This document shows, one piece after another, positions 28,145 to 35,952 of a stretch of DNA of 64,000 bases. The translations under genes and the position numbers were made by a program. Each line of letters starts with the position of its first letter. Within the stretch, counting starts at the first letter, position 1. The notes beneath the pieces were generated by a model that did no database searches, had not been told where the DNA came from, and saw only the letters and a list, made by a program, of their open reading frames with translations. Origin of the DNA: Bacteroidales bacterium (GTDB taxonomy: Bacteria > Bacteroidota > Bacteroidia > Bacteroidales > UBA1715); the NCBI GenBank assembly GCA_017642535.1, contig JAGCOW010000042.1, positions 777-64,776 on the forward strand. The letters are read 5' to 3'.

Positions 28145-29131
28145 ATGAAAAAGAAAATTGCTGTTGTTGGAGGAAGTTTTACTTCAGAATCGGATATATC
28201 AAAAAATAGTGCGTTGCAAGTCAGCGGAATGATTGATAAAAATCAGTATGACGTCTATACGGTATTTATTTCTCATGGTGATTGGATGGTTCAAATGCCA
28301 GATGGTGAGTTCCCTATTGACAAGAGTGATTTTTCTTTTACGTATAAAGGCGAAAAAATCAATTTTGATTGCGTATATAATTCCATTCATGGTACGCCGG
28401 GCGAAGACGGTCAGATGCCAGGGTACTGGGATTTATTAGGGATTCCTTATACAAGTTGTGGTGTTTTTGCTGGTTCCTTGACGTTCAACAAATATGCTAC
28501 GAAGACGTTCTTAAAAACATTTGATGTAAAAACTGCCGATGCAGTTTTGCTTCGTCCTTGGAATGAGATAAACGTTTCGGATATTGTTGCAAAAGTTGGT
28601 TTGCCTTGTTTTGTAAAACCCAACAATGGCGGTTCCAGTTTCGGTGTTTCAAAGGTGAAGACAGAAGCTGATATGATTCCTGCCATCGAAAAGGCATTTG
28701 GCGAGGATACTGAAGTTATCATTGAACGTTTTGTGAAAGGTACGGAAGTCTCTGTTGGTGCATACGAAGTGGAAGATGGTGTTCATGTGTTGCCAATCAC
28801 TGAAATCCGTACGAAAAATGAATTTTTCGATTATCAGGCAAAATACGAAAGTGGTTTTAGCGAAGAAATCACTCCTGCTGAACTTTCCGATGCGATTACT
28901 AAAGCTTGTAAGGCAGAAACTGCTCGGATTTACAAGTGTTTGGGGTGTTTCGGCATTTGTCGTGTCGATTTTATTATAACTGATTCTGGAGAATTGAATT
29001 TCTTGGAAATCAACACCAACCCGGGAATGAGCAAGGCAAGCATTGTCCCAAAACAGATGCGTGCCGAAGGATTGAATGAGGCAGAAGTATTTTCGGCTAT
29101 CATAGAACATTCCATTAAAGCACGCAAATAA
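28145..29131 (+). CDS. ddl: D-alanine--D-alanine ligase
   Basis: MKKKIAVVGGSFTSESDISKNSA.., HGTPGEDGQMPGYWDLLGIPYTSCGV, PCFVKPNNGGSSFGVSKV and FLEINTNPGMS are typical ATP-grasp Ddl motifs. Confidence 0.9.
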   Translation: MKKKIAVVGGSFTSESDISKNSALQVSGMIDKNQYDVYTVFISHGDWMVQMPDGEFPIDKSDFSFTYKGEKINFDCVYNSIHGTPGEDGQMPGYWDLLGIPYTSCGVFAGSLTFNKYATKTFLKTFDVKTADAVLLRPWNEINVSDIVAKVGLPCFVKPNNGGSSFGVSKVKTEADMIPAIEKAFGEDTEVIIERFVKGTEVSVGAYEVEDGVHVLPITEIRTKNEFFDYQAKYESGFSEEITPAELSDAITKACKAETARIYKCLGCFGICRVDFIITDSGELNFLEINTNPGMSKASIVPKQMRAEGLNEAEVFSAIIEHSIKARK

Positions 29132-29154
29132 CACAACGTTGAATTTTTGTCCGA

Positions 29155-29203
29155 AAAAAAGGAATACAATTCTTTAGGAATAGTATTCCTTTTCTTTTTT
29201 TTT
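29155..29203 (+). terminator. Intrinsic terminator after ddl
   Basis: AAAGGAATAC (29158-29167) pairs with GTATTCCTTT (29183-29192). TCTTTTTTTTT follows. Confidence 0.6.
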
Positions 29204-29204
29204 C

Positions 29205-29212
29205 TATCTTTG
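29205..29212 (+). promoter_or_regulatory. -7 promoter box TAnnTTTG
   Basis: TATCTTTG lies 58 nt upstream of ATG 29270. Confidence 0.4.
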
Positions 29213-29269
29213 GCATCGTAAAAAGCCATTGGTATGGTTACCATGCCAAAACAGATGAAAAAAATAAGT

Positions 29270-30805
29270 ATGTTAGTAAAAACGTATGGAGGTGCGGTTA
29301 ATGGAATAGACGCACGAATTATCACGGTTGAGACAGATATTGTCAGTGGTGTGAATTTCTATCTGGTGGGATTGCCGGATAGTGCAGTAAAAGAAAGTCA
29401 GCAACGGATAGAATCAGCGTTGCGGAGCGTGGGGTATCAGTTGCCCGGGCGCAAAATCACCATAAATATGGCTCCCGCCGATTTGCGAAAAGAAGGCACG
29501 GCCTATGATTTGACGCTTGCTATAGGCATACTTGCCGCTTCAAAGCAAATTACCGAAGAACGGGTGGGAGAATATCTCATTATGGGTGAATTATCGCTTG
29601 ACGGAGGTGTTCATCGTATTAATGGAGCGTTGTCGATGGCAATTGAGGCCCGAAAATTCGGTTTCAAGGGTTTTATCTTACCCAAAGAAAATGCCTATGA
29701 AGCTGCTGTGGTAAACGATTTGGACGTGTATGGCGTGGAAAACATCAAGGAAGTGATAGATTTCTTTGAGGGAAATCGTGAACTGGAGAAAACCGAAATC
29801 AATACTCGTGAGGAATTTTTTAAGCACATAGTAAATTGTACCTACGATTTTTCCGACGTGAAAGGTCAGGAAAATGTGAAACGTGCTTTGGAGATTGCCG
29901 CCGCTGGAGGACACAATCTCATTATGATTGGTCCTCCCGGAGCAGGTAAGACGATGTTGGCAAAACGAATCGTTTCCATTCTGCCTCCGTTGACCTTACA
30001 CGAGGCGTTGGAAACTACAAAGATTCACTCTGTTGCTGGGAAATTGGGAGGTCATGTCTCGTTGATGACCGAGCGGCCGTTCCGTTCCCCACATCATACG
30101 GTGAGCGATGTGGCTCTTGTTGGCGGAGGACAATATCCGCAACCGGGCGAGATTTCGTTGGCACACAACGGTGTGTTGTTTCTAGATGAATTGCCCGAAT
30201 TTAAGCGTCAGGTTCTTGAAGTTATGCGACAACCCTTGGAGGATAGACGTATTAATATCTCACGAGCAAAATTCTCTGTTGATTATCCTGCAAGTTTTAT
30301 GTTGATTGCTTCTATGAACCCTTGTCCATGTGGTTACTACAACCATCCTGAGAAGCAATGCGTGTGCGGTCCTGGTGTTGTGCAGAAATATTTGAATAGA
30401 ATTTCTGGTCCTTTACTTGATAGAATTGATATTCACATAGAAGTCGTACCTGTTCCTTTTGAAGAATTGTCGAAAAAAACGCAGACGGAAACAAGTGCTG
30501 AGATTCGGGAGCGTGTGGTAAAATGCCGTGAGATTCAGCATAGGCGTTTTGCCGAGTTACCGATATTCTGCAATGCTCAGATGGATGCGAAACAGTTACG
30601 GCAATACTGCGTTTTGAACGACGACTGTCAGGCACTTTTGAAAACTGCTATGGAAAAATTAGGGTTGTCGGCACGTGCATACGACAGAATTATAAAAGTG
30701 GCTCGTACCATTGCCGACTTGGCACAGTCGGAGAATATAGAAACCGAACATTTGGCGGAAGCGATTCAATATAGAAGTTTGGATAGAGAACACTGGGCGG
30801 GGTAA
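29270..30805 (+). CDS. comM: YifB/ComM family Mg-chelatase-like AAA+ ATPase
   Basis: The preferred start is ATG 29270 ([15 protein letters not shown]..). The Lon-protease-like N-domain is present. Walker A is [13 protein letters not shown] and Walker B is [10 protein letters not shown]. The C-terminal motif [19 protein letters not shown] is also present. Confidence 0.9.
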   Translation: MLVKTYGGAVNGIDARIITVETDIVSGVNFYLVGLPDSAVKESQQRIESALRSVGYQLPGRKITINMAPADLRKEGTAYDLTLAIGILAASKQITEERVGEYLIMGELSLDGGVHRINGALSMAIEARKFGFKGFILPKENAYEAAVVNDLDVYGVENIKEVIDFFEGNRELEKTEINTREEFFKHIVNCTYDFSDVKGQENVKRALEIAAAGGHNLIMIGPPGAGKTMLAKRIVSILPPLTLHEALETTKIHSVAGKLGGHVSLMTERPFRSPHHTVSDVALVGGGQYPQPGEISLAHNGVLFLDELPEFKRQVLEVMRQPLEDRRINISRAKFSVDYPASFMLIASMNPCPCGYYNHPEKQCVCGPGVVQKYLNRISGPLLDRIDIHIEVVPVPFEELSKKTQTETSAEIRERVVKCREIQHRRFAELPIFCNAQMDAKQLRQYCVLNDDCQALLKTAMEKLGLSARAYDRIIKVARTIADLAQSENIETEHLAEAIQYRSLDREHWAG

Positions 30806-30871
30806 TGGAAAACTAAACTCCTCAAAGCAATTCCACATAGTATTTATCAAATATGGGAACGAATTGATAAT

Positions 30872-30935
30872 AATAAAAAACCCGATAAATAAATCTATCG
30901 GGTGGCGGTTAGAGTCCCTCGGGGCTCAATCCATT
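30872..30935 (-). ncRNA. Candidate small RNA of about 55 nt (promoter plus two hairpins plus U-tract); hypothetical
   Basis: The minus strand reads TATATTTG(-7 box, + coords 30944-30937)CAATGGATTGAGCCCCGAGGGACTCTAACCGCCACCCGATAGATTTATTTATCGGGTTTTTT. The terminal hairpin CCCGATA/TATCGGG (30881-30902) is followed by T6 only on the minus strand. No ORF is present and I recognise no family. Confidence 0.25.
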
Positions 30936-31018
30936 GCAAATATATAAAATTTATAATTGCCTTGTCAAGAGTTATAGAATAATTTTGTGAGAATGACTGT
31001 TTATATTGATTCTTTCGT

Positions 31019-31026
31019 TATTTTTG
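31019..31026 (+). promoter_or_regulatory. -7 promoter box TAnnTTTG
   Basis: TATTTTTG lies 17 nt upstream of ATG 31043. A second candidate, TAATTTTG, is at 30980-30987. Confidence 0.35.
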
Positions 31027-31042
31027 GATAAAAGTTTTTTTT

Positions 31043-31900
31043 ATGTTTGACAAACCCACAGTAGCGTTAATATATGATTTCGACGGCACGTTGTCGCCTC
31101 AAAATATGCAGGAATATGATTTCTTGAAGGATATTGGCATTCAGGATAAAAAAGATTTTTGGAAAGAAGCTGATGATTTGGTGCTGAAGCACGATGCGAG
31201 TAACGTGTTGTGTTATATGAAGTTGATGATTGATAAGTCGCGTGCAGCGGGAAGAAGCATTCGTCGTCAAGCGTTTGTCAATTATGGGAAAAGTGTGGAG
31301 TTGTACGATGGTGTGGAAGAATGGTTTGATTTGGTTGAAGAACTTGCTCGGAAATATGACGTTGTGGTGGAACATTATATCAATTCCTCGGGACTAAAGG
31401 AGATGATTGAAGGAACAAAAATTGCGTCAAAATTCAAGCATATTTATGCTTGTTCCTTCCTTTATAATGTTGACGAGATTGCGGAATGGCCAGCGGTTGC
31501 AGTTGACTTTACCACAAAGACGCAGTTCCTGTTTATGATAAACAAAGGCATTGCAAACATCAGCGAAAACAGCAAGGTAAACGAATACAAACCCGAAGAC
31601 GAACGTCCGATTCCGTTCAAGCACATGATTTATTTTGGCGACGGGGAAACCGATATTCCGTGTATGCGGATGGTGAAACAATACGGCGGAAATTCAATAG
31701 CAATTTACAATCCTCAGGTTGAGGGGAAGAAAGAATTGGCGAAAAAACTCATTCACGAAAATCGCGTAAACTTTGCTTGTGCTGCCGATTATACGAAAGG
31801 TGGTGAAATTCATAAGATTGTGAATGCGATACTTTCGCAGATTAAGTCGAATTTCGATTTCAAGCAGCTGGAAAAACAGAATCAGGGGAAATTGGAATAA
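31043..31900 (+). CDS. HAD-superfamily hydrolase-like protein
   Basis: The N-terminal motif I is LIYDFDGTLSP (DxDGT). The late motif is IYFGDGETDIPCM (GDGxxD). Confidence 0.65.
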   Translation: MFDKPTVALIYDFDGTLSPQNMQEYDFLKDIGIQDKKDFWKEADDLVLKHDASNVLCYMKLMIDKSRAAGRSIRRQAFVNYGKSVELYDGVEEWFDLVEELARKYDVVVEHYINSSGLKEMIEGTKIASKFKHIYACSFLYNVDEIAEWPAVAVDFTTKTQFLFMINKGIANISENSKVNEYKPEDERPIPFKHMIYFGDGETDIPCMRMVKQYGGNSIAIYNPQVEGKKELAKKLIHENRVNFACAADYTKGGEIHKIVNAILSQIKSNFDFKQLEKQNQGKLE

Positions 31901-31936
31901 GAGAAGGGATCTTACAAATGCACAATGTAAAATTCC

Positions 31937-31963
31937 GTAGAGACGACGCACATCGTCTCTACA
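31937..31963. repeat. REP-like palindromic element copy
   Basis: GTAGAGACGA-CGCACA-TCGTCTCTAC has a 10-bp perfect stem and lies 37 nt after the stop at 31900. The AT-rich 21-mer follows at 31985-32005. Confidence 0.8.
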
Positions 31964-31984
31964 TTTCCATCATTAATTTTCCCC

Positions 31985-32005
31985 TCTTAATTCTTAATTT
32001 TTAAT
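31985..32005. repeat. AT-rich 21-mer shared with 45752-45772 (inverted orientation)
   Basis: TCTTAATTCTTAATTTTTAAT is the exact reverse complement of ATTAAAAATTAAGAATTAAGA at 45752-45772. A shortened variant, AATTCTTAATTAAAATT, is at 7786-7802. Confidence 0.7.
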
Positions 32006-32086
32006 TAAAAATTCCTATTTTTACCACAACCTATTAACGAAACATGATTAGTAACAAATGTAAAGGAAAGGCCGTAAAAATAGAAT

Positions 32087-32953
32087 ATGAAAAATATTGA
32101 ATCCCAACAGCTTGCACCACAGACTGGTGAGGTTGTTCTCTACAATCCCGATGACACAATCCGTTTGGAAGTTCGTATGAACGACGAAACAGTCTGGTTG
32201 ACTCAATCGCAAATAGCGTTATTATTTGGTTGTTCTGTTGACAACGTGGGATTGCACTTGAAAAACATTTTTGAGGAAGATGAGCTGGATCAAAAATCAA
32301 CTACCGAGATTTTCTCGGTAGTTCGTTCAGAAGGTTCACGTATGGTAAAGCGGAATATTCTGCATTATAATTTGGATGCCATCTTATCTGTTGGTTATAG
32401 AGTAAGTTCTCGGAATGCAACAAAATTCCGTCAATGGGCAAACCAAGTTTTGAAAGACTATTTGCTCAAGGGCTATTCCGTAAATCAACGAATAGAACGA
32501 CTGGAACAGCGTGTTACGCAGACAGAAAACAAAATTGACTTCTTTGTCCGTACCGCGTTGCCACCAGTGGAAGGCATTTTTTTCGACGGGCAAATCTTCG
32601 ATGCCTACGAACTTGCCTGCCGGCTGATAAAATCAGCAAAACGCCGCATTGTACTGATTGACAACTACATTGACGAAAGTACGCTGCTTATGCTTGAAAA
32701 AAGAAACAAAAACGTGACGGCAACCATTTACACCCACAGCATTGGCGAACAGCTGCAACTCGACATTGACCGCCACAACGCACAATACCAACCAATTACT
32801 GTCTTGCGGTACAAAAAATCTCACGACCGATTTCTGATTTTGGACGACGACGTGTACCACGTTGGTGCCTCGCTCAAAGATTTGGGCAAACAATGGTTTG
32901 CAATTAAGAGAATGAATGAAATTACCGCTGGGGATATTCTTGGGAAAATATAG
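32087..32953 (+). CDS. RhuM family virulence-associated/DNA-binding protein with a C-terminal HxD-containing nuclease-like domain
   Basis: The RhuM core is ..TVWLTQSQIALLFGCSVDNVGLHLKNIFEEDEL..ILHYNLDAILSVGYRVSSRNATKFRQWANQVLKDYLLKGY. The C-terminal part, ..RIVLIDNYID..KKSHDRFLILDDDVYHVGASLKDLGKQWFA, is the module commonly fused in Bacteroidales RhuM/ORF6N-type proteins. Confidence 0.8.
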   Translation: MKNIESQQLAPQTGEVVLYNPDDTIRLEVRMNDETVWLTQSQIALLFGCSVDNVGLHLKNIFEEDELDQKSTTEIFSVVRSEGSRMVKRNILHYNLDAILSVGYRVSSRNATKFRQWANQVLKDYLLKGYSVNQRIERLEQRVTQTENKIDFFVRTALPPVEGIFFDGQIFDAYELACRLIKSAKRRIVLIDNYIDESTLLMLEKRNKNVTATIYTHSIGEQLQLDIDRHNAQYQPITVLRYKKSHDRFLILDDDVYHVGASLKDLGKQWFAIKRMNEITAGDILGKI

Positions 32954-33000
32954 GACGCAAAGTCAGAAAATAACACAAGTCAAGACTTAGAAAAAAATAA

Positions 33001-33237
33001 TTGTTGGTTTTCATACTTTCTGAAAAAAGTATCGGTACGTTTTTTTGAGCGATAAAGAGAAAAAAAATTTTTGATAGAGAGGAAAAATTTTAAAAATGGG
33101 GAGAGAAAAAATTTTCTCTCGAGAGAGAAAAATTTTTTGGTCCACATAATGCTACAAATTACATTCCCCAAAAAGAAAAATTTCACGAGAAAAAAATTTA
33201 TGTTGGTTTTCAGATTTTTTTGAAAAAAGTATCGATA
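33001..33237. repeat. Non-coding repeat block: two 37-bp direct repeats bracketing about six GAGA(A)5-8(T)3-6 units
   Basis: TTGTTGGTTTTCATACTTTCTGAAAAAAGTATCGGTA (33001-33037) is repeated as ATGTTGGTTTTCAGATTTTTTTGAAAAAAGTATCGATA (33200-33237). Between them lie AGAGAAAAAAAATTTTT, AGAGGAAAAATTTT, GAGAGAAAAAATTTTCTCTC, GAGAGAGAAAAATTTTTT, AAGAAAAATTTC and GAGAAAAAAATTT. Confidence 0.8.
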
Positions 33238-33520
33238 GAAATAAATTGAGAGGTGAAGAATAGCTTAGAAGAATTGGAATGATTTCTTCACGAAAAGACT
33301 GATTTTAGAAAGTATATTTTTCAAATCATGCTCAATTTTTTACCATAAAAAACATATATTTGTACCAAATTCCCGCCCCCAATCCGAACGACTTCTAAAA
33401 CTCAACAGAATCGCCATTCAACAAATGAAAATCCTTCAGAATGTTGAAAGTAAAAAGGTTTTGAAAGATTAATTTATAGTTACAGATAGAGAAACTGTTG
33501 GCGTTTCGGTATACTAAATC

Positions 33521-33548
33521 ATGGATGTCGCACGCCACGTCCCTACAA
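33521..33548. repeat. Degenerate relic of the REP-like element downstream of pssA
   Basis: The minus strand reads TTGTAGGGACGTGGCGTGCGACATCC. The left arm TGTAGGGACG is conserved and the right arm is eroded. It lies immediately after the pssA stop codon. Confidence 0.35.
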
Positions 33549-33550
33549 AT

Positions 33551-34282
33551 CTATTCCTGTGTATTTTTCTTCTTTGAAAAATTGTCAAATACAGAAAACA
33601 AAATGTAACAAAGAATAATGTAGGTCAAAGCTTGTAATTTCAATACTACTAATAAAATAACCGAAAGAATGAGGAATATGTATCGTATTTTATTGTCTGC
33701 CCACGAATAATTCTTGAATTTCAGTGAAAACATAGGAATTTCCGATACAAGAAGCACCGAAAACACAACAACCAATACTTCCAATAACCAAACTGGAATA
33801 TAATCTAAATTTGGCATAAATGCGAATGAAGAAAAGAATATTGCGTTGGCAGGAGTTGGAAGACCGATGAACGAACAAGTTTGTCGCTCGTCGATGTTGA
33901 ATTTTGCCAGACGAACTGCCGAAAAGGCAACGATTAGGTAAGGCAAGAAAATCAAGAAATACGACAAATAATCTATCATTGTTCCGTCGTCGGGGATAAG
34001 ACTTTCATAACCTAAAATGTGAATTATGATAGCCGATGTGATTGCGGCAGGAGCAAAACCGAACGTGATTAAGTCTGCCAAGGAATCCAATTCTTTGCCT
34101 ATTGGCGAGGTATAATGTAATAATCGAGCCGAAAAGCCATCGAAAAAGTCGAAAACAGCACCACAAAAAATGAGGAACACCGCCCATTCCAAGTCAATCA
34201 ATTGCGTTGTTGATACAATTATTGAACCTACGCCGCACAATAAGTTACACAATGTGATACAATTAGGAATATGTCTTTTCAT
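33551..34282 (-). CDS. pssA: CDP-diacylglycerol--serine O-phosphatidyltransferase
   Basis: The CDP-alcohol phosphatidyltransferase motif is present: DFFDGFSARLL..SPIGKELDSLADLITFG (D..DG..AR........G...D...D). The protein is multi-pass and hydrophobic, 243 aa. Confidence 0.88.
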   Translation of the reverse strand: MKRHIPNCITLCNLLCGVGSIIVSTTQLIDLEWAVFLIFCGAVFDFFDGFSARLLHYTSPIGKELDSLADLITFGFAPAAITSAIIIHILGYESLIPDDGTMIDYLSYFLIFLPYLIVAFSAVRLAKFNIDERQTCSFIGLPTPANAIFFSSFAFMPNLDYIPVWLLEVLVVVFSVLLVSEIPMFSLKFKNYSWADNKIRYIFLILSVILLVVLKLQALTYIILCYILFSVFDNFSKKKNTQE

Positions 34283-34329
34283 CTCAAATATTTTTGTGCA
34301 AGTTACTCGTTTTTTTATAAAAATATTCG

Positions 34330-35847
34330 TTAAAATGAGTTTTTGTATTCAATATGTTGAAAGTCTGCAAAGAAGTAACATTCTACTGCTTCATTATCTG
34401 ATTTTAACTTGATTTCACTATCAGGAATCGGTCTATTATGTAATAGCCATTTTTGAAATTTTTCTTCTTTATCTTTTAAGTTTGTTGTGTCTAATTCTTT
34501 CTTTGATTCAATTAGACTATCTCTTTTGAAACTCTTCAAAGCCTCTTGGGGGAAACGAAGTTTATAATCATCGTTATGTTCATAGAGATATTTGAAAATC
34601 TGATAATAATATTTAAAGCAAAGATTTTCTGGCCCCACATAGGTATAATTTTTATTGTAATTAAAACCAAATCCCCAAACCTTTTCATTCATCGGTTGGA
34701 CAAAAAAACTATTAAAAGGATCGAATATTTCTGTAGGATTCGTTTCTGGGTAAAGAGTGCTTGCTTGATTAATTTTTGATGTATCAAAAAGGATGCTGTC
34801 AACTGGAATAGTGTTTTTTCTTAAAAGATAAACACCCGCTTCAAATATAATGTAATCTTCAGGGAAAATGTAATTTTCGATATATTGAAAGATATCTTTG
34901 TTTTTCTGATTTGGTACATAAGAAACATTAAACATTTTTCTAATCAGATATATTGGTTGGTTTTGAGATAAATCTGTACCTTTAAAAGTATGCGTAGTTT
35001 CTAATTTTAAGACTTGATAAACACATCCATTATAGTAGAAAATGTGCGTTTTATATGTTGTATGCCCCTCAATTATATAGTCAGAGTTCTTAATTAAAGA
35101 ATCTATTCTTGCTTGTTTTTCTATATTTTTAGTGTAATTAGGTATGTTCAAATTATATTGTTCTTTAAAAAAATCATAGAGTTGCCATTTGTTATTGTCA
35201 AATTTCATTTGATATGGTCCATAGTAATACTCTACTTCATTGTAGCTTATTCCCCATTGATACAAATCTAAAGGCTCGTATATCATAGATTCTTTTTCTG
35301 TGGCAGAAAAGGTTTTATCATAATAAGAATAAATACTATTTTTTGAAAGTGTTGTATCTTTTTTTATTTGTTCTACTGGTTTATTACTTTTGCTCAAGAA
35401 AAAAATACCATCGTTAAAATATGTATGACTTGGTATTTGTGTATAATGCAAGTTTTTATAATAATCGTGATTTACATCATCCGAATCAAAATATAGTGTA
35501 TGGTCTTGCCACAAAAAATATATTTTGTCTTCTGGTATATCCCCTTTTATTTTTTTATATATCTCAAGTTGATAAATATGCCATATTTTACCATTTCTAT
35601 CTGCAAAAGTTAAGATTTCTTTATGTGCACTACCTTCAACAATAAAGTCCGCATTATTTACTAAGGAATCTAATTTTTCTTTTTGCTGAAATTCAGAAAT
35701 TCGTTTTTTACCAAAGTGAAAGTCGCCAGTTCTCCATATGACTTTTTTCTCGTTTCCTGAAAAGTTTTCTTTATTGATTTGCGCATTAGTAATAAATGGG
35801 GCAAAAAAAACGCAAATAATGAATAGTATTTTGAAATATCTTTTCAT
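34330..35847 (-). CDS. Secreted hypothetical protein, AT-rich gene, internally duplicated
   Basis: The preferred ATG 35847 gives the signal peptide MKRYFKILFIICVFFAPFITNAQ. Two homologous halves are visible: DSLVNNADFIVEGSAHKE..YQLEIYKKIKGDIPEDKIYFL and DSLIKNSDYIIEGHTTYK..LKLETTHTFKGTDLSQNQPIYLI. GC content is clearly lower than in the neighbours. I recognise no family. Confidence 0.6.
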   Translation of the reverse strand: MKRYFKILFIICVFFAPFITNAQINKENFSGNEKKVIWRTGDFHFGKKRISEFQQKEKLDSLVNNADFIVEGSAHKEILTFADRNGKIWHIYQLEIYKKIKGDIPEDKIYFLWQDHTLYFDSDDVNHDYYKNLHYTQIPSHTYFNDGIFFLSKSNKPVEQIKKDTTLSKNSIYSYYDKTFSATEKESMIYEPLDLYQWGISYNEVEYYYGPYQMKFDNNKWQLYDFFKEQYNLNIPNYTKNIEKQARIDSLIKNSDYIIEGHTTYKTHIFYYNGCVYQVLKLETTHTFKGTDLSQNQPIYLIRKMFNVSYVPNQKNKDIFQYIENYIFPEDYIIFEAGVYLLRKNTIPVDSILFDTSKINQASTLYPETNPTEIFDPFNSFFVQPMNEKVWGFGFNYNKNYTYVGPENLCFKYYYQIFKYLYEHNDDYKLRFPQEALKSFKRDSLIESKKELDTTNLKDKEEKFQKWLLHNRPIPDSEIKLKSDNEAVECYFFADFQHIEYKNSF

Positions 35848-35952
35848 AAGATAATTTTTACGCAAGATAAAAAATTTCATATACCACATTTTATTTGCAA
35901 AAAAAGAAATAAGGTATTCTTGATCGTTCTCCTTAATGTATGAATACGGATT

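Noticed and set aside
32980-33186. A 68-aa minus-strand ORF with repeated KFF(L)S motifs.
   Set aside because: The periodicity is simply the translation of the GAGA-A/T-tract DNA repeats. There is no start context. It is treated as non-coding repeat DNA.
33001-33240. The A/T-tract array as a chromosomal replication origin.
   Set aside because: There is only one weak DnaA-box-like sequence (TGGTCCACA at 33138-33146). No dnaA or dnaN gene is nearby and there is no cluster of boxes, so the evidence is insufficient.
33355-33550. A + strand TATATTTG box (33355-33362) that might drive an sRNA in the rhuM-pssA spacer.
   Set aside because: No terminator-like hairpin with a U-tract follows on the + strand, and such boxes occur by chance in AT-rich DNA. 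It is mentioned only inside the spacer finding.
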